In this document: positions 15,665 to 28,480 of the stretch, one piece after another
Layout: each line of letters starts with the position of its first letter
Numbering within the stretch: position 1 is the stretch's first letter
Assembly (NCBI RefSeq): GCF_006345805.1
Contig: NC_042998.1
Span: 120,466,001-120,530,000, forward strand
Length of the DNA: 64,000 nucleotides
DNA from: Octopus sinensis
Taxonomy: Eukaryota
Reading direction: 5' to 3'
The notes under the pieces: generated by a model
Database searches by the model: none
Told to the model about the DNA's origin: nothing
The model's input: only the letters and a program-made list of their open reading frames with translations
Program-made: the position numbers and the translations under genes

Positions 15665-16212
15665 TCACTCAGACATTGAAAGTATCAGCTTGCTTTGCTA
15701 ATTTTCCTGTTCTCATCATACTAAGAAAATTTTCTAAACACTGCAGCCTTAGTGTCAGGAGTTGTCATCGCTGTTGTAATAGTTCAATTCTAATGTATAC
15801 GTGGTATAAGTTTTTTTATTCAGTCTCTGTCTGACATTTTTACTTCGTCTTACTGTTCACTCCAGTGAATGTGCTTGTCCCATTATAGATCTGTATTTAA
15901 CACATTCATATCGATTATATTTTATTGACTTTGTCAAATATTTGCTTCTGCCTGTGTTGATAATAACAGACTGATTGATTCGTGATGCTTCTTGTGGTCA
16001 GCTGCTAAATTAAAAAGAAAACTTTCTCCAGAAAATGGACTTAAAAAGAAAAGAGAGAGAGAGATCTCTACAGATGCAGCTTTGAGTGGGATGACATTTT
16101 TCTCTTCTTGAATTATCACTTGGCAAACAACTTTGTGTTGGACTACACTGGAATCTATTCTCGGATATTTAATTGATTTCACAAAAAGAGGATGACTGTC
16201 TAATATTTGGGA

Positions 16213-16299
16213 ATGTTGCTTTTTCGATTATTACATTGGAAACAAAAAGTGCGAGATAAAAGAGCTGAGAGCTATGATGGCACCGATAGCAATGTCTTG
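16213..16299 (+). CDS. Candidate alternative first coding exon of a short Trio isoform
   Basis: ATG at 16213 with in-frame TAA at 16201-03 upstream. 29 open codons (MLLFRLLHWKQKVRDKRAESYDGTDSNVL) end at TTG|gtatgt, a phase 0 donor compatible with the phase 0 SH3 acceptor at 29680. Lies in non-repetitive sequence. Confidence 0.58.
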
Positions 16300-17481
16300 G
16301 TATGTTATTTTATGGATTTCATTAATGAAATGTTTGCATTGATACTAAAGGATTTAAATCTATGAAATTAACTTTAATTTAACCAAAACATAAGTGACTT
16401 TAGGGAAAACATATTTCTAATTTAGGTTTGCATAACTCTTTAAAAACTTTTGAAAGTTTGATATTTTCAATATTGTTTTTGTAGTTACAGAAAACTGTCA
16501 AGCTAAATGCTTTGATATATTTAGATATTTACCATCATATTCTGATTTCAACAGAGACTCGGGGTTTAATTTGCCCAGAGTTAGCTTTACCCACTCCACA
16601 AATGTGTGGGGTTTGATTCATATAAGAAATTATTACCACCACCACCATTATTATTGTCTGAAATAGGATATAGTTGTATAGTGTTAATTTCTGTGTTGAA
16701 AGTAGAAGTTTTTTTTTTTTTCTGTTCTGTTTTTCTCTAAAACACAGTTCCATATCATTTACAGTCTTAAGGTTTCATTGCTTTAAAGAAAGTTATTATT
16801 TTAAGTTGTGACAACTTCACCTTTATTTCCTCCCAAGTTGTTAATAAAATAAGTAGAAGTGCAGTATTGATGTTCATCAAAATCAGTAAAAAATTATTGC
16901 TTCCTCCCTACAATGAAACAATATTAGCATCTGGCATCTAAAATGTTATCAGGTACTCACACTCCATAACAGTTAGGCAATGCGACCAGTGTAAACTTAC
17001 ATGTCAGTTTTCTATATAGGTGGGAAAACTCTTAGCATCAACAAAAACCAACTAGCTGGACTGTTCCAGAGGTTTTTCAATTCCTCTGCTGAAAGATCTC
17101 TAGAAGGACTTTGAACTAGGAACTTTAGATATCTTCCAGAAATCCCTAACCTGAAACTGCAGCAGATGCAGATGGGCAGCATAAGTGCCACCCGCTGGGA
17201 CCGTCTCAGATATGTGCTACATGATGAAACTATTTTGCTTGTGCTCATTCAGTGACATAGCATTGCTAATTTGCAGTGTAAGGTCGCACAGCTGTTGTTT
17301 TTAGGACAAACTCTTACTGCTTTCCATTAACCAAGAACAAGCAATCTACCTTTGTCTGGTGGCTGTGGTGAAAAGCTTTATGTGATGGACATGATTGACA
17401 GGACTGAGGATAGACATTTTCCTCATCAGCTAAACCTTTATCAATATTGACTTCTAATCCTTCTTGGAGAGGAAAGTGAAG

Positions 17482-17521
17482 ATGAAGAGGCAGATACTAT
17501 TTTTCTTAAATTTGTTGAAAG
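17482..17521 (+). other. Weak candidate alternative first exon or UTR exon ending at a strong donor
   Basis: Strong donor GAAAG|gtgagt at 17521/22 ends a non-repetitive block of about 16950-17521. ATG at 17482 gives MKRQILFFLNLLK+G (phase 1), with an in-frame TAA at 17455. Confidence 0.22.
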
Positions 17522-18439
17522 GTGAGTGAGGGTAGTGTGCATAGCCCTAGTGAATGGGCCTGTTAGATTCAGGAGAACAGCTAGGAGAGGGCACACACTT
17601 TGGTAGCCTAGGGAATCCTGAATCAGTGGAGTTTTTTGATCAGGCCTATGTGGCAGTCCTGCTCATGGGACTGCCTCATGTATGCATATATTGTACATAC
17701 TGTTCATTTGTTTGGAGTTTTGTCCCCACCCCTATTTCATTCATATTCTGTTTAAACCCTCTTGTGTGTCCCTGTAATGCTTACTGGTCTGCCTTCTTTG
17801 TGGCAAAAATAAAGAGATTTCTTATCATCATCATCATTAACGCTATTGTTGCTGCTATTTATTTCATATAGAAACTCTAATTCTATTCTACAGAAATATG
17901 ATAATTATTTCTGAACAACCTTATCTCTTTTAGAAGAAAATTCAATATAAAAAGAAAACATAGTTTATTTTTCTTTATCATTTTATTGTTTTTATATATA
18001 TATATATATTTGTGTGTGATTTTTAGTTAAATTAATTATTGATAATGTCTAAAGACAAATTAAAAAAAAAAGTATTGTGGAGTGACAATAGCAGCAACCA
18101 AGTATTCACCATGTGTGTGTGTGTGAACTGTTGTAGACACATTTTAATTATCGTAACTACCGGAGAATAGGTTTAGAGTTACATATTGGTGTATGCTGTA
18201 TAGTCAATAAGATTTTGATTCAATTACATTTTAATCATCATTAATTCAATATCAATAATAGATATTTGAATATATTTTTATTGACAAACACAATATATAC
18301 ACACATATTTATATAAGGGGTAGGGTATGTATCTTTATATATTAAGAGAGAGACAAATAGAAAGATGTTTATTTCTTTCTATGAAAGCACACTAGCCCGA
18401 GCAAGAATGGGTTAGGAAAAGTTTGGACATTATTTATTA

Positions 18440-18800
18440 CTTCTGCTGGTTATGAAAGTTTTCTCTCTTTGAGTGAAGGGTAGATTGCAGGATTCTTGTG
18501 TAATAAGTGCAAGGTTGCTTGGCAACAAAATAATGGCATTGAATGAAAGGATATGCAATAGGTGAAAGAAAATGAGGTGAGCATTCTCTGTTGGATGTGT
18601 AGTATTACTGTGTCTGAACAACAGAGGGAGGTAAGAGAGAAACTGAGTATAACAGGAATCACTTGTAATGTGTAAGAAGAAAGACTGAGCTGGTATAGTC
18701 ATGTAATACGTATGAAGGATAACAGTTGAGCAAAGAAGTACCAAGTGATTAAAGTGGATGGAAGCTGCAGAAGAGGACAACTGTTGAAAAGACCAATTCC
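18440..18800 (+). mobile_element. RTE-clade LINE C-terminal fragment
   Basis: Decayed VKGRL..CV.S..L, ILCWMCSI, VREKLSITGITCNV*EERLSWYSHVIRM and GSCRRG motifs. Confidence 0.7.
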
Positions 18801-19871
18801 TAGTTAAAAGAATCTTCAAAAATATTTTATTTTTATGCTTTTGACTGTTGTGAGCCTAAATAAGACCCCTTCTTCTTTTACCTAATTACTGGTTACCAAA
18901 ACAAAGAGAAAAAAAAAATAAATGTTCACTTCACGATCATGTAGCTCCAACTTTAATCCTGTTACACAGTTTATTGGACAAGTATCTTCCTACCATAGCT
19001 TCCAGTTGACCAATACCATATGAGTGAAATTTAGTAGGATAATGTATTGGTTGTATATTTGAATATATGTGTATATGTGTGCACATACATGCATGCATAC
19101 ACACATGCATGCACGTGCACTCTATCTCACACACACACACACACACACACATAAGTATGTATGGCTGTCATTATTCAGTTGTTAAGTTCAAGATTTCTTG
19201 AAAATAGAGAAAGGGCTGGTTTCTAACCTAGATCCAAGGTTTCTTCATTGGAATTTATATGTGTAGGTTTGTATGTTTTGTTTTATGTATGTCTTCTCAT
19301 GCATATACTTGTATTTCTAGACATGCTCATATATACTTAAATGTGTGAAAAGGAATGAAAACACAAAAGCTGAGATTCAATGGTACAGGGTGGATACAAT
19401 TTGTTTCACATAATTTATGCTATACTGCAGAACCATATTCATCAGACTTTTAGTTTCTCTTAGAGCAGTAGTTATCAATCAGGGTCCATATAAGATTTTT
19501 TTGTTATTAAAATCTAGGTGCAATAAATTGCTTATAATTCTACAATACACTAAATATTTTAACCTTTTTTCTGTACTTTTCCAAATATTATTTAATTCTA
19601 AAAATATAATGGGACTTTGTAGACATTGAATGGCTATGAGGGTCTGCCCAAGTGAATTAGGAATAAAAAGAATCCATTGGTAAAAAATGGTCGAGTCACT
19701 GTCTTTAAAATAACCTTTTTCCACTCCAGTTTACTCCAGAACAGAAAAAAGAAGACAGTCTGTTAGAGGCTAAAAGTTTGATGAATGTGATTATGCAGTA
19801 TAATGTAATTAGATGAAACAAATTTTAGCTACCCTAAGGTTTTTGAATCCTAACTTTTGATTCTGTCAAAT

Positions 19872-20204
19872 CATGGGTTCTCAACCTATAGACCACTTTG
19901 GTAACTATTTTATTCTGGTGGAACCCCCGCTCCCCCCATAGCCATTCAATGTTTAAAAACTAGCTTTATGGATGCTTCTTCCAAATTCCTATTTTGTTTT
20001 TCACACATTGACTTCTCTAGGACGAACTATGTAAAATGTTAGAGAAGGAAGCCTAACTGTTTCCTTTGCAATACATATCAATACATACAACAAAACTTTT
20101 TCAGGGGCTCTGCAAATACTTATTGCGAAACCCCAATTTACTATTTTATTTTATGGACCCCCCTCCCCCTTAAATCTTATATGGACCCCAGTTGAGAAAC
20201 ACTG
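19872..20204. mobile_element. hAT-type MITE
   Basis: Imperfect TIRs catgggttctcaac / gttgagaaacactg; degenerate 8-bp TSD tgtcaaat / agttaaat. Confidence 0.6.
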
Positions 20205-20353
20205 AGTTAAATTAAAACTCTCACAAATTGGTATTGAGTATTATTGTCTCATATGTCAACACATTTCAGTTATTCACACATACTCTGACATACTGCTGGT
20301 AATTCACTCGATTACTATTCAGTTTCTCACTTGATACAGTCATCCAGACAACA

Positions 20354-20414
20354 ATGGACTTCAAGGCCTTTCGCCTGAAAGACTACTTCAAGAGGGAAAC
20401 CTTGTCTAGTGACA
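20354..20414 (+). other. Weak candidate alternative first exon (short ORF MDFKAFRLKDYFKRETLSSD)
   Basis: Good Kozak context acaacaATGG, upstream TCAGTT Inr-like motif, and possible phase 1 donor GACA|gtaaat. Unspliced, the ORF stops at 20438-40. Confidence 0.2.
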
Positions 20415-22314
20415 GTAAATCACCAATGTCATACAAATGAATATACATCATGTATACTCTTTCCGTTGTTTATGAAACACATGTACACACGCATAAATAT
20501 ATGTACATACACTCAACAAGCCTTTAGTTAAAAAATATCTGTGTTTGGGCAGATGGATGGCAGTCTACTTTGTGGTATTTGTTTATGTTCCTTTATGATC
20601 CAAGTTCAGATATCACCCAGGCAGACATTGCTTTACCACCTTCCTAGATCAATTAAATAAGTTTCCAGACCCCATTACATTTGACATTATTAACAGACTA
20701 AAACCTTCAAAGGCAGCACCAAGTGACTGAAAAAATGAACACAATAAAAGAATGATATTTTTGAAATTCTATGTAATCAACTCTTTGTAAGAGACTTGTT
20801 TCTAATATCCAATAATCTATATCGGTAAGTAATATGGAAGCCATGTCAGCCATTTACCTTCATCCTCTTCCCACTACACCCACTGTTGTTCTATAAATAT
20901 TGTCGCAGAATCAATGGACTCTCTGTTTACAGACTTCAGTTTTGTTTTTTTTTTATTTATTTATATTTACTTTTATTTTTGAGAAATAACAAAAGAAACA
21001 GTTGAGCCTAGAAATTCTTTTGAGAAATAAATCTCATAAAGAGAGTGGAGGAAAAGTGAGATAGATATTGAGTGAGTGAGAGCAAGTTAGAGTGAATGAG
21101 CAAGATGGAGAGAGAGAATGGAAGAGACAGCAACAAATTGAAAGAGAGAGAGAGAGAGATACTGAGAGGAGTGTGTGTGTGTGTGTGTAGAAAGAGATAT
21201 AGTAAGAATATTCCTGTAATGTTGATATGTTGGTTAACATCACTTGTGTGCTAATAGGTTTCCTACATAAAGTACTTATTATGATTATCTTTCTTGTAAT
21301 TTCATTAGTAAGACTTCAGGCGGGGATTATATCTTTGGCCAATCATTTCCTGACTTCAAGTTAGGACAGAGTTTTTGTTCAACAAAATAGTTTCTGCAAC
21401 TGCTTGTGTGTGTGCACGCGTGCATGCATGTGTGTGTGTGTGTACATGCGTGCGCACGTGCGTGCATGCAAGAGAATGGGAGAGAAGGTGGGGAGTTAGA
21501 AAGAAAGAGACTATGTTCTGCTGTGTAAATATTATACTCCCTTACATATCTTTCACAAATGAATTGGCTTCTCTGTTCTGCTTTACCAACCAGCTCATTC
21601 TTTCAATGATTATGATGATGATAGAGATCATACTCTCTTCACAACCCTTTCATATATTTTATTTAGTTGAATTTTTTTTTTTTCACGTTTTGTTAGTAAA
21701 TACTTTTAGATCTTTATAAAGTCAATATTTCTACCACACACAAATGCTAACTAGTTTTTATACTCATTAGATTATCGTCATTATTAGTAGTAGTACAGGT
21801 GGTAGTGGTGGTGGCAATGGCAGTAGTAGTAGTAGCAGCAGCAGCAGCAGCAGCAGAAATGGTAATAGCAGAAGCAACAGCGGCAGTTTTTTGAAAACAA
21901 ACCTTGAGCTCATACAATAAGTCCTGGGACAACCAAAGCCTTGTGAGTGGATTTGATAGGCAGAAACTGAAAGAAGCTTGTTTGTGTGTGTGTGTTTGTT
22001 TTATTGTCTCCTAATTTTGACATTCTGTGATAGTTGTAATGTCTTTCGTATCTAATCTTCTGTGGAAATATGTCCAGCCATAGCGAAATATTAACTTACT
22101 TGGGGACAAGTGAGGGTTGGTGACAAGATGGGCATCCAACCATAGAAATCCTATCTCAATGAATTCCATCCAGTCCATGTGATCATGGAAAGTGGACGTT
22201 AAAATGATGATTGATATCTGTCTGTCTATAAGTATAGATGTGTGTGTACACATACGTATGTATGAAAAAGTATGATAAGCACAAGCTGCAGTTCCTTACA
22301 TACGTTTTGCTATT

Positions 22315-22469
22315 AGTGGACGTTCGTAGTGCAGTTAGACACAGATGCAGATCTCCAACAGTTCATCAAAGGAACACTTTATTAGATTATGTTGACAGGA
22401 GATAATGTAATAGGGTGATGAACTATTGGAAATCTACATCTGCATCTAACTGCACTATGAACAGCCACT
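22315..22469. repeat. Short foldback / MITE-like hairpin
   Basis: Arms 22315-22368 and 22416-22469 (gttcgtagtgcagttaga..gttcatca / tgatgaac..tctaactgcactatgaac). Confidence 0.85.
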
Positions 22470-24352
22470 GCAGAAGATGCAAATAGTTACAATGACAAAA
22501 CATACATAGGGAACAAATAGTATAGACTGCATCTTGTGTTTATCATACTTTTTCCTATATTTGCTCTGTATATCATAGCCAGCAATACCACTAAGTACAA
22601 TAGAAATCACACCATTTAACTGGAAGTAGACTGGATAATGATACTCTATGTGGATTTCTTTTGTGGACCATTGTTAACCCTTTTTACTAGATATAATTGT
22701 AACCTGATAATGCCTCTTTCTTATGTTATTTTAATAGTGTATTAATCCTTCCTGCTTTCTAAACTCTTTGACAAAACTTTCTTCCCTAGAAATGCAGTGT
22801 CCTTCTCCTGCCCATTTTAACACCTTGCTATTCAGTACTTCTTTTACAGAAATTTCAAGTTAAGCTTCAAGTGAACTGATATTGCCACTGTAGAAGAGTC
22901 CTATTATGTGGATACTGTCCAGCATGACCCACACTCTTCCTTTAATCTGAAATTGTTGTACAACACATTTAACTCACTGCTACTGAGTAATAAATATTTC
23001 GTAATTTATCCTCAACCTCTTGTTTTTATCAGTCTTGGCCCAGTTTGGCCTCTACGCTTCACTCAATTTATATTACTGATGTTTGTAAGATACGTATATC
23101 ATAGGCCCAAATCTCATGTTAGTGTGAGACATAGTGACCCTACCTTTATATTTTGGATTGACAGACTCAACAGAGCACTGAACAGAATGACTTGCAATAT
23201 GTTTTTAGATATCTTTGTATTCTGGGTATAAACTGGGGTCATGTTGACCTTACATTCTTCAAGAGTCAAGTACCAATACTAGTTAATTGCTGTGGTTGAT
23301 ATAATTACCTATATTCAACCCTGTAACTTATGTTAATGTTACAATATATTATTTTGTTACATTTCATACAATTTGACATAAATCTATCCATATTATTACA
23401 GTGGGTAGAATAGAGACATAGGAAAAATTCTGTAGTAGATGTTTAAGCCACAAATCAATTTCAATTGAACAGACCTATTAATCAAAGGCATTCTGGCCAT
23501 GATTATCCTGCCTTTCTAGACGTATATGTTGGTCCATATTATCCATACGCTGTTTTCTTTCCTATGATTGTAAGGTATTGTAGATTTGCATTGTGTGTAG
23601 CATCTCAAGCTGCATAGCAGCTCTCTGATTGGCTTGTACTACAGGATATAGAAACTACTGGAGTTGTGTCTAGTCAAGAGTTAATATTTTCTCATGACCC
23701 ACTTACTTGAACCATATATTATTTTCTAAATCAGTTTGGTTTTCTTTATTCTTTCTTTTTGTTGCTTAAACCATGAGTTCTTCTCCCAGCCAATGTGGCT
23801 TACTTCTCTTCTTCTTATAACAGGCAGCAATTATTTCAATTAGATTTTCTGTAAAGATTAAAGCAACAATGAAACAGAACATTTTTCTTCTTTGTAGAAA
23901 GATCTCCACACAAATTGGCTCGTTTCTGTGTGTGTGTTTCTTTTATTGTCAATCATTGGATTGTGGCCAAGCTGGGGTGGTGCCATTAGGGAATTTTTTG
24001 TTGATTATATCACAGCCCAGTACTTTGGTAGTTATTTTATCAATCTTGAAAGAAAGAGAAAAGAGGCAACTTGACCTTGGCATAAAGTAACTAGAAAAGA
24101 ACTAATTTTACTAAGCCATTACATACAGTTATACTTATGTATATATTATACCATAGATATATTAATACTACAAAACCATTGTAACTAATATTTCCTCTAA
24201 ATTTTTGCTTTAGCTATGTGCAGAAATTTGCTTTTTTCCAAATTTCATTTTCATTTGTAAAATATGTGCACATCCATAACATCTCCAAGAAAAATAACCC
24301 TCTGACCTTGCTAACTATTGCCCTATTGCACTTATTTCTAATGTATCTAAGG

Positions 24353-24869
24353 CAGGGGTCACCAAACTATGGCCCGTGTGGTCAGTTCATCCGGCCCGCC
24401 ACTGTACTGCATCTTTTGTGTAAGTACCTGCAAAGTTCATTTGCCTCTGGTATGGCATTAGTGTTTGCAACAACTTATGTCTGCAAGCAAACATTTTCAA
24501 AAATAAAGTATGTGAAGTCAGCACATCAAACGAGGTTGACTGATGAACATTTGAAAGCAATTCTCTTGATTGGATGCAGCAATTCCAAAGCAAATATTGA
24601 TGCTATCTTAAGAGCTAAACACCAGTTTCACAAATCTCACCTTTTTTGCTGTTTTAGTTTGTGAGATTCAGGTATGTGTGCACTGGGTATGATATAACTA
24701 TCTTATTGCTATCGTTGCCTTCTTTGATAACGTTTTGGTAAATAGATATGTTGGTTGTCTTTATTTTTTGTGTATTCACTGTATTGTATTGAACAAAATG
24801 GTTATGCAGCCTGCACAAGTCATTCTCTCAGTTATCTGGCCCATTGTGAAAAAAGTTTGGTGACCCCTG
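24353..24869 (+). mobile_element. Non-autonomous hAT (Charlie/SPIN-like) element with transposase C-terminal remnant
   Basis: TIRs CAGGGGTCACCAAACT / AGTTTGGTGACCCCTG. 8-bp TSD atctaagg / atataagg. Internal FATTYVCKQTFSKIKYVKSAHQTRLTDEHLKAIL resembles the hAT dimerization domain. Confidence 0.88.
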
Positions 24870-25559
24870 ATATAAGGTAATGGAATCAGCCATTATAAAT
24901 GTTTCCAATATTCTGAATCTCTCTCATTCTCACTCTCTCTCTCATGCCACCAGTGTGATTTTCATAAAGCCTGATCCACTGGTGACCTACTCTCGTCTGT
25001 CACCTATCCATAGGGCTCTTGTTGGGGGGGGGGAAGAAGAAATATTGTCATCCCCAGAGTTTTAATGATGTCTTATGCAAAGCTCCTTTTAAAACTTTCT
25101 GCCTCTGGTCTCCATCTGTATCTTATCCCTTTGATCAGTAGCTTCCTATTAGATTGCATTGTTGCTGAATATTTCTATCACTCATTCTATCAACTCTACT
25201 TTACCCCAGAGTTTGCTCTTCCTTTTATGTGTCAGTAACATACTGCCTCAGCAAACAACTTCCACTCTTATGCAGATGATATTACTTTTCTTTATCCTTA
25301 ATATTCTCTAACCATGTATTATCCACTGGTAACCTAAACACAACATACCAAACCCATTGGTTCGATAAACAGATTTTGAAAACATCTTTCACTAGGTATG
25401 TGCCAGTCTTGTCTCTTTCAATAGTAAGGAAAAATCTGCTTTTATCAAGAAAACAGCATTGTACCACATTTCTTCGCCATCATAAGTAGCACTCAGTTCA
25501 AGTCCAGTTGTTAGGTCTCACTATTTTGTGATTCCCTCTTGGCAGAAGCGCATCCTTAA

Positions 25560-25800
25560 CATTAGTAAGACTGCATTTCATTAACTAGCTCTTTCTCATA
25601 AGGGCTAGAAGATATTTTAGTCCTTAATGGAGAAGTGGGACAGTGTTGCTGACATATGCACAAACATCTTAGACCGTACCCAGAAAAGAGCCATTTGATT
25701 GATTGGCATAAAGTCATTCAAAAGCATGCTCCAACCTCAGTTCTTCAGAATTGCTATCTCTGTACACAAAGGACCCAACAAGTTAGGAAAGCATATGCTT
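25560..25800 (+). mobile_element. Very decayed LINE RT C-terminal remnant
   Basis: LLIRARRYFSP and ILDRTQKRAI*LIG fragments. Confidence 0.4.
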
Positions 25801-26658
25801 TCAGGTTTGTTCTCACTGCGTAGCACTGTGGGCGAATGTCTTCAACTATTTTGACTCGGGCTGACCAATGTTTTATGAGTGGAATCTGTCAATAGAAACT
25901 GTACATCAACTGATGTTACTGTGTGTGTTGGGGGAGGTGAAATTGTGTGTGTGTGTCTTTGTAAGGCTGGTCTTGTTAGTTATTCAAGGTTATATGAACC
26001 AAAGCAAGCTAATAATAGATCATCACCACCTGAAAGAGTTACCCATGTTCTAAACATTGTTTGTCTGGAGGCAGTCTAGAAATCCTTATGTTTGTACACA
26101 ACACCAATTGTCATCATTCTACATTGTGTTAAACTGAGAAGAGATATATATGTAGCAGTTGTGACTGAAGCTGCAAAGCATCAATTAAAAATTTATGTTG
26201 TAACTCATTAATAAGCAATAGTCATAATCATTATTTAGTTGACTTCCATCATCATATTTATGTGTGTGTGTGTGTGTGTATGTGTGATTACTGCATATAC
26301 AAATCCTACCAGACCAAAACTTGGCATTCACACTTACTCAGGTTGATAAAAAAGTTTAATGTAGTTTGGCAGCTTATTCAGGTTGATAAAAAAGTTTAAT
26401 GAACTATGCCTCACCCTACAAAATTTGCCAAACTATCCCCTCTCTGCACTCATGTATTGAAAGTTAGGACTTCTGGTCATTAGGGTGTGTAACTTTGTGT
26501 GTTACAAACATATTCTGTATATGTGTCTGTCTATACAGATACATCTACATACTGACATTTGTGTGCATGTGAGTGTTTGCAGTATTATGATTTAATCTCA
26601 GAATAAAATGTATTAAATTTTGACATCCAGACCTAAAGTAAGAGTATTAAATGTTTGA

Positions 26659-26696
26659 ATCTCTCTCTCTCTCCTCTCTCTCTCTCCTCCTCTCCT

Positions 26697-26730
<34 letters not shown>

Positions 26731-26750
26731 CTCTCCTCTCTCTCTCTCTC

Positions 26751-26794
<44 letters not shown>

Positions 26795-26822
26795 TTTCCT
26801 CTTTCTCTCTCTTCCTCTCTCT
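26659..26822. repeat. Interrupted (CT)n microsatellite
   Basis: Directly visible; source of the ER/LS ORFs. Confidence 0.95.
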
Positions 26823-28229
26823 CAGCATTATCCCCTGCCCACCCTGCTTATGGCATGTTCCCAAACATTAAGTAGAGTTAGTGAAAATACACATCACCAT
26901 AAATCTCACACTATTGGTTAATTCTGGCTGTCAGCCGAAATATGTAAATATTGGCTTACATGATCAATACCATTAAGTCTCTTCACAACATTACACTGAC
27001 AATACTTAGAGTTGTCACACAGCTATACTACAGTGTGTAATGAGGTGGGGTGATTTTGGCTGGGTTTCTGTTGTTTAGTCCCTCATCAGACCTGATCCAG
27101 CAGCCATTAACAGTAACCTTCATGTCTTTGATTCAGTCGTAGTATATGTAAGTAGGACAACATCATTTAACCCTTTTCATACAGTTGCACCTGAAACTGT
27201 ACCTAGTTCTTTGATACAAACTTCCTATTTTAAATTGATCTTCATTAAATATTGCCATCAACAATTTCCTGCTAATTTATGTTCCAAACACCAGCTTAAT
27301 AAAGTCAAAATTAATGTTGTAAGTTCTTCATTACTTTCAAACTTATTGAAACAAAGGCAATGTATTTCAACAGAAATATGGTAACAAAAGGGTTAATGTG
27401 TCCTTCCTTGTTTTTATTTTCAATAAAGTCTCATATGAAGGAGATTTGGCTATGTGTGTGTGTATATCTCTCTCTCTCTCTCTCTCTCAAACACAAACAA
27501 AATAACTGTCATCACATTTGTACATAGCCTTTTTTTCTTCAGTAAATTGTAACTACAAATAAGAATCGCTACTGCAATCAAAGAATATATTGAAAATATA
27601 GTTGCAGTTTTAAAAATGTATTTTACTACAATGGTAAATGAAAACTTAGTGAATATCAGTGTGTGTGTGTGTAAGTGTATCCATGTATGTGTACATTATA
27701 TTTAGGTAAATATGTTTGTTTACATATGCCTATGTACATTGTTTTGTAAATATGTTTCTATTTATGTCTGTGAAATTATGGGTTTATTTTGTTAATCACT
27801 TTATGCTCTCCATTTAGAATTGAGAAAACTAACTTCATATACGCAATTGTTCCTAGAGAAAAATAATCTTTTTTTTTTGTGCTTAATGTTGTGTAACTAT
27901 AACTTAAACAACCGTCAGACATCTGAAGGAATTGTAAATGTACCATTATTGTATCTTATATCATCTATTGTATAAGATTTAGTGCCAGCTGTCAAATGTT
28001 GGTCTTTTTTAAATAGAGATGTCTCTCTTCAAAGATGGCATTTGTAAGTTGTTCTTATGTTAAACAAGACATGCAGGTCACTTTGACATGGCACAGATAA
28101 TTGGGAGAATTGTTACACACACACACACACAAATTTACATACAATATAAAGGTAATACTTTTGATAAGAACATACCTAAAACCATGCAAGTATTCCAATT
28201 GTTATCTGTGAATTAATACTTTGTTAGAG

Positions 28230-28480
28230 AGAAAAGTTAGACATACCAGGAATTAGATGTAACATGCAAGAGAGAAGACTACAATGGTTTGGTCATTTAG
28301 TACATATGAATGAGGACAGCTGTATGGAAAAGTGCCAATCACTTAAAGTGGGAGGGAGACCCAGACAGACATGGGATGAAATAGTGAGGGCCAGTTTCAA
28401 TGTTAAGCTTCACAAAGATGACAGTGGACTGAGATGTTTAGTGATGTGAGGTTCTTGAAAATACCTTCCCACCTTAGCAA
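28230..28480 (+). mobile_element. RTE-clade LINE C-terminal fragment
   Basis: REKLDIPGIRCNMQERRLQWFGHLVHMNEDSCMEKC...GRPRQTWDEIV. Confidence 0.8.

Noticed and set aside
17352-17366. LSGGC peptide matching the vertebrate Trio SH3 exon start
   Set aside because: Bounded by stops (TAA upstream, TGA at 17448) and not followed by SH3 residues. The real SH3 exon is at 29680, so this is treated as coincidence.
17385-17521. ORF MDMIDR...QY*LLILLGEESEDEEADTIFLKFVE that would be continuous if TGA 17448-50 were A-to-I edited to Trp
   Set aside because: No sequence evidence for editing or a local duplex. It would also require skipping two exons to reach the phase 2 acceptor.
26334-26401. 28-bp direct repeat with a 40-bp period (tta.tcaggttgataaaaaagtttaatg)
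   Set aside because: Only two units, so a simple local duplication; not CRISPR-like, and the context is eukaryotic.
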